From: a virus
Lineage: Duplodnaviria; Caudoviricetes
IMG/VR virus record: IMGVR_UViG_3300049629_000690
Coordinates: 1-25,730 of that record
Strand: one strand, 5' to 3'
Length of the DNA stretch: 25,730 bases
In this document: in pieces, positions 17,453 to 25,140 of the stretch
Layout of the letters: every line of letters begins with the position of its first letter
How positions within the stretch are numbered: the stretch's first letter is position 1
Translations under genes and position numbers: made by a program
The notes under the pieces: generated by a model
The model's database searches: none
What the model saw: only the letters and a program-made list of their open reading frames with translations
What the model was told of the DNA's origin: nothing

Positions 17453-19173
17453 GCGACCGGCATATCCTCCTGCATCATCTTTTGACCGAGCAGGGAATCG
17501 GATTTCAGACCACCGGCCTTTTGAGCGAACTCCCCTGCCATCATCATCTGCTGTTGCTCCATTGCCGCTTGCTGTGCTTGGGCGCGGCCTTGGCGGATTT
17601 GCTGTATCTCGCCCTGGTCGCGGAGATGATCGGCGTCCATCCCCTCGGATAGCGCACCTTCCCGCACGATTGCGTCGATGTTGAAATTGTCCATGACCGA
17701 GGGATCGCCGGTTGCTTGCTGAAGCATGGCCGCTCGGGAAATAGACCTCTCCGAGGCGGCGAGTTCGATGGCGCGAACAGCAAGGGCGATGCGGGAATTG
17801 AAGACCACCTTGGGATCGGGAACGAAGAGTTGTCCCTTGGCGTCCTGCTGGATGAGTGCCTCGGGAGGCGGCGGGAGATCGCCACGGCGAGCAAGAATGC
17901 CGTAGACCCGTTGCAAAAGCGGGATGAGCAGTTCGGTGGTGAGTCGAGCAAAGGTTGGTGAGAAGTTCGCCAGACGCTCGGCGTTGCGAGCATTGACCTC
18001 GGTGGCGGTCATCTTGTTCGGGGTGTTGGATTCCGATGCCGTGAACATCTGGAAGAGAGGAACCGAGAATGCCTCGTTGATGTGCTGTTGCTTTTCCTTC
18101 ACCCTCTCCAGACCGACATCGTACCGGCCTTGAGTCGCCCATTCCTGTGGTTTGGCGGACGGGTCGGATGCGTTGAAATAGGTGATGCCACCGGCGCGGA
18201 GATCAACCACTCCCTCCATGCCGTCTGGCACAAGGATGCGGGGGAATGCCGCGAGTTCGGACAGGGCGTCCATCTGCTTTTGCAAGAAGTTGAGTTGGCG
18301 GATGTCGGGAAGAGCGACCCATGAAGGAGACCATCCATACACCCCTTGTTGCCATTTGAGGTAGCGAGTCGCCATGAAAGGCTTCTCGTCATACCCGCCT
18401 TCGCGGAGGATGTGCTTCGACCGGCATTCAAGGTAACAGGAGGCGAAGGGTTTGTTTTTCCCATCGAGTTTCTTGGGGTTCCTCTCCTTCTCCGAGCGGG
18501 GATAAACCCCGTGGATAATCTCAAACTTCTGGTCGAGGTTCTTCTGGTCTTCGTATGCCTTGCGAATCGTGTCGGAAACATTCTCGATGCCGAATTCCTC
18601 CACCACCTGTCTGGCGGTCATTTCAAATTTGCGGAAGCAGGTATCGACTACCCCTTCATGGTTCTCCGAGAGAACAAAAGACCCCACATCGATGTTGCGG
18701 AAGATGAGAGGCGTTGTTTCCCCCGCCTCCACAAACAGCACCGCCGTGCCAAAGCATCCTCGGTCGAGGTACAATTCATGGATGGAAGTGTGGAAGTTGG
18801 ATCGCGCCAGAGTTTCCAGCACCACCTCGGTGACCTCGGCAAAGTATTCTTGCACCCCATCCCCATCCTCGATTCCCTCGGGGGCTTCAAAACTGCACCA
18901 ACGCGAGTCCGCCGGTGTGATATACGACATACACCCCGCCGCCAGAACCATGTTGGCTCGGACGGCGGTGGAGTCGAACAGGCGCGTCTCCTTGTCGGTA
19001 GTCGGCGTGATCGTTTGGGTGAGGATGTAACTCTTGCGAGGCATCACCAGATCGGCGATGGACTGCCACATCGACATCCAGTAATTGCGATCCGCCTCCA
19101 GACGCGAGTAGCGGGACATGATCGCTTTCGCGAGTTCCTGCTTATTCCCGCTCTTGTCGTACTTTTCGTTCAT
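17449..19173 (-). CDS. Portal protein (head-tail connector)
   Basis: 574 aa from the ATG at 19171-19173; LFDSTA, SNFH, CFGTA, YGWSP and MTATEV motifs of T7/BPP-1-type connectors. Confidence 0.95.
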   Translation of the reverse strand: MNEKYDKSGNKQELAKAIMSRYSRLEADRNYWMSMWQSIADLVMPRKSYILTQTITPTTDKETRLFDSTAVRANMVLAAGCMSYITPADSRWCSFEAPEGIEDGDGVQEYFAEVTEVVLETLARSNFHTSIHELYLDRGCFGTAVLFVEAGETTPLIFRNIDVGSFVLSENHEGVVDTCFRKFEMTARQVVEEFGIENVSDTIRKAYEDQKNLDQKFEIIHGVYPRSEKERNPKKLDGKNKPFASCYLECRSKHILREGGYDEKPFMATRYLKWQQGVYGWSPSWVALPDIRQLNFLQKQMDALSELAAFPRILVPDGMEGVVDLRAGGITYFNASDPSAKPQEWATQGRYDVGLERVKEKQQHINEAFSVPLFQMFTASESNTPNKMTATEVNARNAERLANFSPTFARLTTELLIPLLQRVYGILARRGDLPPPPEALIQQDAKGQLFVPDPKVVFNSRIALAVRAIELAASERSISRAAMLQQATGDPSVMDNFNIDAIVREGALSEGMDADHLRDQGEIQQIRQGRAQAQQAAMEQQQMMMAGEFAQKAGGLKSDSLLGQKMMQEDMPVA

Positions 19174-19176
19174 GCA

Positions 19177-19192
19177 AGGTGTGCGTACACCC
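19177..19192 (+). repeat. Palindrome copy AGGTGTGCGTACACCC (3 nt upstream of the portal ATG)
   Basis: Fills most of the 22-nt intergenic gap before the portal gene. Confidence 0.9.
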
Positions 19193-19195
19193 AAA

Positions 19196-19582
19196 TCACG
19201 AACCAAGGAGTGATCCCGAGCCGGTCGCGGAATTGGTGCTTGAGTTGTTCAGCAAGGTCGCCTTGTAGCCGAATCCTTTGGATCGATTCTTGAGTGCCTC
19301 CTGTGACTCGGCGGTGACATCGGGAGATGTTGGGGCCGGTGGCGGTGGTGGCGGTGGTGGCGGTGGAGGAGGAGCAGGGATGTTGATTTGAGGAGGCGCG
19401 GGAGGAGGCGGTGTTGGTTTGGATTTGCCACCACCACCGCCCTTGAACAATTCCAGCAAGGGCTTTTTAGCCGGTTCTGATGGGATGTGCATCCCACCGG
19501 CAAGTGCGTATTCGGGAGTCAACCCGCGAAGTAGGTGTGCGTACACCCGAGTCACGATAGAGAGGAGTGAATTTGTCGGCAT
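19196..19582 (-). CDS. Small Gly/Pro-rich virion-associated protein (pre-portal position); start uncertain, alternative ATG at 19492
   Basis: FKGGGGG followed by a polyproline tract and a C-terminal G..ATLL...SLLG; similar small proteins commonly precede podophage portals. Confidence 0.75.
   Translation of the reverse strand: MPTNSLLSIVTRVYAHLLRGLTPEYALAGGMHIPSEPAKKPLLELFKGGGGGKSKPTPPPPAPPQINIPAPPPPPPPPPPPPAPTSPDVTAESQEALKNRSKGFGYKATLLNNSSTNSATGSGSLLGS
19533..19548 (+). repeat. Palindrome copy AGGTGTGCGTACACCC
   Basis: Starts 3 nt downstream of the stop of the 19552-19911 gene. Confidence 0.9.
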
Positions 19583-19911
19583 TTCTGCTCGATACTATCC
19601 CACGCGAAGAAGCGCAACTTATTTTTTCGTTCGTACGAAACCCACGGGAGTTTGAATGGAGGTGCGGCAAAGGCGTGATGGAACGCACCGGCGAAGAGGT
19701 AGAGATGCCAGCAGTCTGGATCGGTGAAGTTAACCCAGGGGTTAACGATGTCCTCGTAGGGTGCGTCCTTCCTCACAGGTCGCCCCATAACAAAAGCATC
19801 GGGGTGCGAGTAAACATACCCGTGAAGAAGGTGTGCCTCCAAGTCCTCTCGGAATGATCTGGCGCAATCCTCCTGCTGGTAGACGGCGGCGGCGAGTTCG
19901 ACGGGTTTCAT
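19552..19911 (-). CDS. Hypothetical protein (possibly a degenerate GNAT-like fold)
   Basis: 119 aa with an ATGA overlap with the terL stop. The fold guess rests only on gene position and the alternating strand/helix pattern. Confidence 0.7.
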   Translation of the reverse strand: MKPVELAAAVYQQEDCARSFREDLEAHLLHGYVYSHPDAFVMGRPVRKDAPYEDIVNPWVNFTDPDCWHLYLFAGAFHHAFAAPPFKLPWVSYERKNKLRFFAWDSIEQKCRQIHSSLS

Positions 19912-21464
19912 GCTTGGATCACAACTGACCGGCGTTGCGTAGGTGGTTCATCCCCTCGGAATCCCATCAGCACTTGCTGACCGGCATGGCGCATGGATCG
20001 CCGAGCCAACACGGCATCGCGATTCCCGCCTTCAACAAGACCATGCATGACCGCCTCGGCGACCATGCGGAGGGCGTCCGATGCGTGACTCGCCCAATCG
20101 TGGACAGGTTCATCCATGCTGACCGCACCTTGCGTTGCCGGTCTGGTGCGATAGTTCTCCAATGCTTCCACACCTTGCTCGGTTGCCGGTGTGCGGAAGG
20201 CGAGGCGAGGAAACATTTGCAAAAGCCGGTTGATGCCGATCCAGATGTTTTGCGTCCTCGGAATGATGCGGGTGTTGGGGAGACCGGCATCGCGCAACTC
20301 TGCTTGGAATGACCGGCCCGAGGTCTTGGTCGCGGCGGCATCGTGTGGTAGGTAATGCGTCCCGAGCGGGTAGCCTTTGCTGACCATGTGTGAGATGCGT
20401 TGCACCAGATCACCATCGAACCCGTAGTCCAGGTCGATGAGTCGAATCTCGTCGGAAACGAACTGCACATACCAAACGATGGTATTCTCGGGAGACCCCA
20501 AATCCCAAAAGGTGTGGACGAGTGCGGAGTGATCCACCTCGCTCGGGCCGATGCGTCCTCGGTCTCGGAGGGCGGTGATCGCATCTCCGTAGATCGCGCC
20601 TTCCACCGGCGCGGACATTGCCTCCTCCAAGGTGGACGGGTATTCGCGTTTAACAAAGATTCCCTGCTCCAGTTTCCGCGCCAGATACCACTTCTTCTGC
20701 TCGGGGGAAAATGACCTCCCGAGCCGGTCGCCGAGGTCTCGGAAGTAGGATTCCATCTCGGGCGTGACCTCACCGGCAAACCGCACACAAGCAGGGTCGC
20801 CGTGCCACGGGAAAAACAGCACACGCCCCTCGGCGTTGGGATCACGCTCAAGGATGGGCTTGATGAGTTCCCACAGGTCGCCGCCCTTGCCTCCATACCA
20901 AGTGGTCTCCACAATCCTTCGCCCTTGCCGCGCCGATGGCAATGCGCCGGTGCGGATTTCCCGAGACCTTGCAAAGTCGGTTGCGGCAATTGGCCCCCAC
21001 TCCGAGACCCACAACATCGATGCGGTTCCGCCTCGGGCATTCATACCAGCATACAATGTCGAGATGCTGGTCTCGGGTTGCCCCGTGGTGAGGATCGTCA
21101 TCTCCCCGTCATTGCGTTTGGGGAATTCCAGATTCGCTTTGATCGAATCGGGAAGTGACATGATCCCAAACCGCATGATGTCTGCCATCTTTCGGTGGGC
21201 ATCGGCTTGCGTCTGGTCGATGAGAGACCCCTTGAACCCCGAGTTGAAGGCGGCGGCATCCGCCATGAAAAGCCCGATGGTTGTGGACATCCCCAACCGG
21301 CGACTCTTGACGATGTAGAGTGGCTCGGTCGGGCGGTCGAGAAGGTGGTTGATGACCTCGGTCTGTTCGGCCCGAGGTGAAAACACGATGCGCTTGCCGG
21401 TGTCCTCACTCTTGATGGCATAGAGGTTGGACAACCGCCACCGAGGATCGCACATCTCCTTCAA
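19908..21464 (-). CDS. terL: Terminase large subunit (start uncertain: TTG 21491, TTG 21464 or ATG 21455)
   Basis: WRLSNLY, Walker A-like KSRRLGMST, Walker B LWVSE, IVETT coupling motif, nuclease motifs TFWDLG and HDWASHASDALR. The TTG at 21464 overlaps the upstream stop and has GGAGG upstream. Confidence 0.95.
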   Translation of the reverse strand: MKEMCDPRWRLSNLYAIKSEDTGKRIVFSPRAEQTEVINHLLDRPTEPLYIVKSRRLGMSTTIGLFMADAAAFNSGFKGSLIDQTQADAHRKMADIMRFGIMSLPDSIKANLEFPKRNDGEMTILTTGQPETSISTLYAGMNARGGTASMLWVSEWGPIAATDFARSREIRTGALPSARQGRRIVETTWYGGKGGDLWELIKPILERDPNAEGRVLFFPWHGDPACVRFAGEVTPEMESYFRDLGDRLGRSFSPEQKKWYLARKLEQGIFVKREYPSTLEEAMSAPVEGAIYGDAITALRDRGRIGPSEVDHSALVHTFWDLGSPENTIVWYVQFVSDEIRLIDLDYGFDGDLVQRISHMVSKGYPLGTHYLPHDAAATKTSGRSFQAELRDAGLPNTRIIPRTQNIWIGINRLLQMFPRLAFRTPATEQGVEALENYRTRPATQGAVSMDEPVHDWASHASDALRMVAEAVMHGLVEGGNRDAVLARRSMRHAGQQVLMGFRGDEPPTQRRSVVIQA

Positions 21465-21778
21465 AACGGGATGTCCTCCGCTTCCTGCCAATCTTGGGCG
21501 AGTTCTGCTGGCGCGGGTTTGTTGACCGCCTCACGCACCTGTCTCATGCCGTCCTTCACAGGAACAATCGACTTGGCGTTGCCCAGGATCGGCATTTCCA
21601 CCTTGGCGGCGCGTTCCTCTTTGGTGACCGATTGTTTGACGATGAAGTCCCCGTAGTCGCTTTGCGGGGTCTCGATAAGGACAAGGTCGCAGAAGATTGC
21701 TTTCTCCCCGCTCTTTCGGGTGATGTGCTTGAATCGTTCCTTGTCCAGTTTGGTGACATCAATTGATAGAGTGATCAT
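21461..21778 (-). CDS. Probable single-stranded DNA-binding protein
   Basis: 105 aa, beta-rich, with an acidic C-terminal tail ending EDIPF; SIDVTK and PILGN motifs. Confidence 0.7.
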   Translation of the reverse strand: MITLSIDVTKLDKERFKHITRKSGEKAIFCDLVLIETPQSDYGDFIVKQSVTKEERAAKVEMPILGNAKSIVPVKDGMRQVREAVNKPAPAELAQDWQEAEDIPF

Positions 21779-21972
21779 GTTTTGGGTTTTGTGTGCTTGG
21801 TTTTGTAGTTGAGGTTGAGGAAGGAGATCGCCGCACCGGCATCTCCCACCTGTGAGGCGGTGATGCAGTTGTCGGAAATGATCCCGTGGTTCTGGAGGAA
21901 ATTCATCGCGGCGATTTCTGGTATGCCGGTGGCATCCAGATAAAGTTCCAATTGGTTAGGTCTGGAATTCAT
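21775..21972 (-). CDS. Hypothetical protein
   Basis: 65 aa from the ATG at 21970-21972 (MNSRPNQLELYLD...HGIISDNCI); its stop overlaps the next ATG. Confidence 0.65.
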   Translation of the reverse strand: MNSRPNQLELYLDATGIPEIAAMNFLQNHGIISDNCITASQVGDAGAAISFLNLNYKTKHTKPKT

Positions 21973-22342
21973 AGAAAACCGATGTTGTTGGAGTCTCAAA
22001 CAATTCGACGGCAACAATGCTTGGCAGGGAATCGCGAATGGTGTTTGCACACCAGAAAGCCAGATTTTCGGCGGTAGTCTCAAAGTCGAACTGGTCGTTG
22101 AGAAACGAGTGGTCGAGTTTTTGCACTACAGGACGCACGGCGGCGGCAATTTCTGCATAGTCCACTACCCAATCTCTCTCGGGGTTGAGCTTGCCTCGGC
22201 AATGGACGCGAAGTTTGTAGCTATGCCCGTGGAGGCGACCGCATTGGTGACCAACTGGCACTTTGGTGAGTTGATGTGCCGCCTCGAAAGAGAAGTCCTT
22301 CCAGAGTTTAAATGTGGCGTTGAGTCGATCTTGTTTATTCAT
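21956..22342 (-). CDS. queD: 6-carboxy-5,6,7,8-tetrahydropterin synthase
   Basis: 128 aa from the ATG at 22340-22342; FEAAH, CGRLHGHSY, LDHSFLN, TAEN and ETP motifs. Confidence 0.95.
   Translation of the reverse strand: MNKQDRLNATFKLWKDFSFEAAHQLTKVPVGHQCGRLHGHSYKLRVHCRGKLNPERDWVVDYAEIAAAVRPVVQKLDHSFLNDQFDFETTAENLAFWCANTIRDSLPSIVAVELFETPTTSVFYEFQT
22040..22053 (-). repeat. Palindrome copy GGTGTGCAAACACC (inside queD)
   Basis: The plus strand reads GGTGTTTGCACACC, identical to 24044-24057. Confidence 0.75.
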
Positions 22343-22977
22343 AGTGTGAATTGAAGTTGAGGGCGGCGGTCGCCGCCGGTTGATTGATTCAAATAACGAT
22401 AAAGTTCTTTCAGACGATCCTCTCCTCCGCGCATCCACCCTGTGCCATCGCACGATTCCACTCCCGCCTCATGGCACATCCATAAAAGTCGCTCGGAGTT
22501 AACCCGTCCCACATGGACACGGGGAAAGTTGTTTGACCAGGAGTGGAGGTGCTTCCATTTCCACTCGGTCGTTCCTCCGACAAAAACAACATCCGCTTCA
22601 TTCGGGACATCGTTGGGGGTCATGCCGTCCTGCACGGCAAATGCGAAAGAAACTCCGCAAAGTCGGCTCCGTAATTGTGGCATCCATTCATGCCACCGAA
22701 TGATCGTTGCCTCTCGGTCGGCGACTACATCGGGAACCACTACCCACCGAGGTTTGTGTGCAGATTTGGATCGCTCAATAAGATTTACGAATGCGTCTGA
22801 ATCCCATTCCCGATCATTTGCCCATGCCCCGTATGCCCCATTGTCTAAAGCATAAGGCATCCAAGATGGGGGTTGCCTCCACCCGTCTGGAGAAAGCAAC
22901 CACCCGATGCGATCTTGGAATTTACCGGCAAGATAACCGATCTGGATTCCAGAATTATTGGATGGCATGACGATCAC
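22339..22977 (-). CDS. Short TGT/DpdA-like (deazaguanine transglycosylase-like) protein
   Basis: 212 aa; ALDNGAY, VPDVV, AVQDG, FVGG, VHVGRVN and SCDGT motifs parallel TGT/DpdA DSGG, D, V.QG, GG, H..G and S.D motifs. Translationally coupled to queD. Confidence 0.75.
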   Translation of the reverse strand: MIVMPSNNSGIQIGYLAGKFQDRIGWLLSPDGWRQPPSWMPYALDNGAYGAWANDREWDSDAFVNLIERSKSAHKPRWVVVPDVVADREATIIRWHEWMPQLRSRLCGVSFAFAVQDGMTPNDVPNEADVVFVGGTTEWKWKHLHSWSNNFPRVHVGRVNSERLLWMCHEAGVESCDGTGWMRGGEDRLKELYRYLNQSTGGDRRPQLQFTL

Positions 22978-23396
22978 AGGTCAGTCCTCCCATCGCGGAT
23001 TTCGCGCATAAGTTTGGCGATTGGGTCTTCCACCGAGTGGGTGACCTCGACCTGTTGCCGTTCCAACCCGTAGATTTTGGTGAGTTGTCCTTCGATGCTC
23101 GCGGCGGTCTTGAAATCCTGTCTGGCAAGGCACTCCTGTTGCATTCGCAGGAGACGCTCCACCGCCTTGGAAACCTCGGCTTTTCGGGAATAGTCGAACT
23201 CATCGGCGATCTTCTGGTTGGCATCGGCGATGTATCGGTTGGCGGTTGATGCGGAGCATTTAAATTCACTCCCACAAATTCCCACGATCTGGCGGTTGGT
23301 TAAGCCATTGAGGAGCAACTCTGCAACACGCTCGATGCGTTGCGCCAGTTCCGCCTCGGCGGTTCGTTTGCCTCGGGATTTTGGTTTTGTTTTCAT
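22974..23396 (-). CDS. Probable terminase small subunit (HTH plus helical oligomerisation region)
   Basis: 140 aa with an N-terminal HTH-like segment (LLLNGLTNRQIV...STANRYI), a KIYGLERQQVEV C-terminal pattern and a position upstream of terL. Confidence 0.6.
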   Translation of the reverse strand: MKTKPKSRGKRTAEAELAQRIERVAELLLNGLTNRQIVGICGSEFKCSASTANRYIADANQKIADEFDYSRKAEVSKAVERLLRMQQECLARQDFKTAASIEGQLTKIYGLERQQVEVTHSVEDPIAKLMREIRDGRTDL

Positions 23397-24097
23397 ATTC
23401 TTACAATGGTATGGAACTCACTCCCCATGCGGCGGATAAGTGCGTCCGCTCGGTCTGGAGACATCATGGCGTGAAGTTGCTTGGCGTTGCTGTTGCTCGT
23501 CCAGATCGTCGGGCGAAGGTTGCCGGTGCGGGTCTCGAAAAGGTCGTAGAGCATAGACTCGGATCGGTCGGTGAATTTGCCCTTCCCGAGGTCATCCAGC
23601 ACAAGCACCTCGGCGGTCATGGCACTTTTGATTTTTTCGTTAGATCGGTTCTTCACCTCCACATCGTCGGCAAACAGGTTTGCGGCGGCGGCGGCAAGGT
23701 CTGTGGCGGTGATCCAGTAAACCTTGCGTCCCTCGGCGACCATTCGTATGGCGACCAGGAATGCGGCTCGGGTTTTCCCCTCGCCACTTCTTCCCATAAG
23801 CCCGAGACCCTTTGCCCCGTATTCGTATTGCCTTGCTGTTTGCGCGAGGTTGGCGTGTATGCGCTCGGGATCGGTGTTGTGGTATACCGGCGGCACAGAT
23901 CGCAAAAACAGGGCAAGGCGCGTTTTCTGGAGCGTTGCGAGTTCTTCCTTGTCCTGCTCCTCGGAAAGGATGACAGCACACTTGTCACACCATTTCGGGG
24001 TGAAGATTTCCTTCTCCATAAAGATTACGGGTTGATATTCAAAGGTGTTTGCACACCTCTTGCAAATAGCAATGTGATGTTCAGAAGTGGTCAGCAT
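23393..24097 (-). CDS. DnaC/IstB-like AAA+ helicase loader
   Basis: CKRC...CDKC zinc motif, Walker A GRSGEGKT, Walker B LVLDDLG, PTIWTSN; follows the initiator gene. Confidence 0.9.
   Translation of the reverse strand: MLTTSEHHIAICKRCANTFEYQPVIFMEKEIFTPKWCDKCAVILSEEQDKEELATLQKTRLALFLRSVPPVYHNTDPERIHANLAQTARQYEYGAKGLGLMGRSGEGKTRAAFLVAIRMVAEGRKVYWITATDLAAAAANLFADDVEVKNRSNEKIKSAMTAEVLVLDDLGKGKFTDRSESMLYDLFETRTGNLRPTIWTSNSNAKQLHAMMSPDRADALIRRMGSEFHTIVRI
24044..24057 (-). repeat. Palindrome copy GGTGTGCAAACACC (5' part of the dnaC-like gene)
   Basis: The plus strand reads AGGTGTTTGCACACCT at 24043-24058. Confidence 0.75.
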
Positions 24098-24728
24098 ATT
24101 TAGATTGTTCGGGGGACTTGGGTTTGTTTCCGTTCTGGCGGGGTGCTTGTCTGGCGTTGCGGTAAATCCACGCCTTGAGGTCGGATCGCCAGTCGGTGAT
24201 CTTCACTCCCGAGGTCTTCTCCCAATTTTGGGAAGACCTGTGGGAATGCCATTCGGGAATGGCATCGGTTGGAAGACCCTGTCCTCTGGAAAATTCCTCC
24301 GCCTCTTTTATAGATATAGATATTGGGTATTGGGTATTGGGTAGCATACCAGATGCATTGCTTGTGCATTGCACCTGTAATGCACCTGCATCGGGAGCAG
24401 GTATCTGCTTTGCTTTGACCTTGTTCCATCGGATTTTTGCGGCGTTTTTCTTCGCCTCGATGTGGTCTTTGTGCCTTTCCAACTCCCGCATGACCCTGTT
24501 GTTGACCCATCCCTCGGGGGTCTCGACCCAAAACTCCGAAAGGATGCATTGCACCTGCATTGCATCTGCAATGCGGATGCGTCTGGCGATGCTGTTGGCA
24601 TCACCGGCAACCGGCCCCTCGGCATCAAAAGCGAGGTCAATGAGTCGCCGGTAGACCAAATCCTCCTCGTTGGAAAGGTGTGCGGTCGCCGCCGTGTAGT
24701 CCTTGAAATGGAATGTGTAGTAATGCAT
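24081..24728 (-). CDS. DUF1376/YdaU-family phage replication initiator
   Basis: 215 aa from the ATG at 24726-24728: MHYYTFHFKDY..ATAHLSNEEDLVYRRLID, GWVNNRV; C-terminal HRSSQNW...ITDWRS domain. Confidence 0.88.
   Translation of the reverse strand: MHYYTFHFKDYTAATAHLSNEEDLVYRRLIDLAFDAEGPVAGDANSIARRIRIADAMQVQCILSEFWVETPEGWVNNRVMRELERHKDHIEAKKNAAKIRWNKVKAKQIPAPDAGALQVQCTSNASGMLPNTQYPISISIKEAEEFSRGQGLPTDAIPEWHSHRSSQNWEKTSGVKITDWRSDLKAWIYRNARQAPRQNGNKPKSPEQSKYADHF
24306..24576. repeat. Putative replication origin: 11-bp-period iteron clusters, TATTGGG x3 and an AT-rich patch inside the initiator gene
   Basis: Units at 24353, 24364, 24375, 24386 and at 24544, 24555, 24566 (consensus nTGCAwTGCAC); TATTGGG x3 at 24321-24341; TTTTATAGATATAGATATT at 24306-24324. 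Confidence 0.7.
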
Positions 24729-24729
24729 T

Positions 24730-25140
24730 TCAGTTGTCCTCGGCGTCGATTGACCGCAAATGGTTCTTGGCGTCCTCCAGAAGGCGGATGACGGCAAAGC
24801 GTCCTCCGTTGCGTTCGATGAGATCGCGAGTTGCCTGTTGCTCCGAGGTCAGACCCTTGCCTTTGACCTTCGCTTCCCACCCAACAAACCGGCCCTTGTA
24901 GGGGAACGAGAAGTCGGGGTAGCCCACGGCAATGCTGGATCGCTTATCCATCCGCGCATGGGCGAACGGAACCCCGAGGATATTGAGGTAGCGCACGATG
25001 TCTTTGTGCAGGTCTTTTTCGGACTGCTCCTCGACCTCTCGGACAATCTCGGCGGTGGTGCGACCGGCCTTGCCAAGTCGCGCCCGATCCGCCGGTGACA
25101 TCAGATCGATGAATTTTTGAGGAAGTACAGGAGGGTTCAT
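24730..25140 (-). CDS. VRR-NUC (PD-(D/E)xK) nuclease / resolvase-like protein
   Basis: 136 aa from the ATG at 25138-25140 (ATGA overlap); SEKDL, GYPDF, WEAK and LTSEQ motifs. Confidence 0.88.
   Translation of the reverse strand: MNPPVLPQKFIDLMSPADRARLGKAGRTTAEIVREVEEQSEKDLHKDIVRYLNILGVPFAHARMDKRSSIAVGYPDFSFPYKGRFVGWEAKVKGKGLTSEQQATRDLIERNGGRFAVIRLLEDAKNHLRSIDAEDN

Noticed and set aside
17453-18142. N-terminal 230 aa of the 320-aa ORF 17180-18142
   Set aside because: Out-of-frame overlap with the portal gene and low-information sequence; only the last 90 aa (from ATG 17452) look like a real protein.
19337-19372. GGT/GGC/GGA trinucleotide run as a microsatellite or contingency locus
   Set aside because: Mixed synonymous Pro codons indicate protein-level selection rather than a pure slippage tract.
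15994-19548. Identical 16-bp repeats as a CRISPR array or att sites
   Set aside because: Too short and irregularly spaced (about 350 bp and 3.2 kb) for CRISPR, with no cas or integrase gene; the copies flank essential head genes.
19967-21040. 357-aa alternative-frame ORF inside terL as a second overprinted gene
   Set aside because: Its Arg/Pro/Ser-rich composition is typical of GC-rich off-frame reading and, unlike the MTase nested ORF, it shows no complementary motif.
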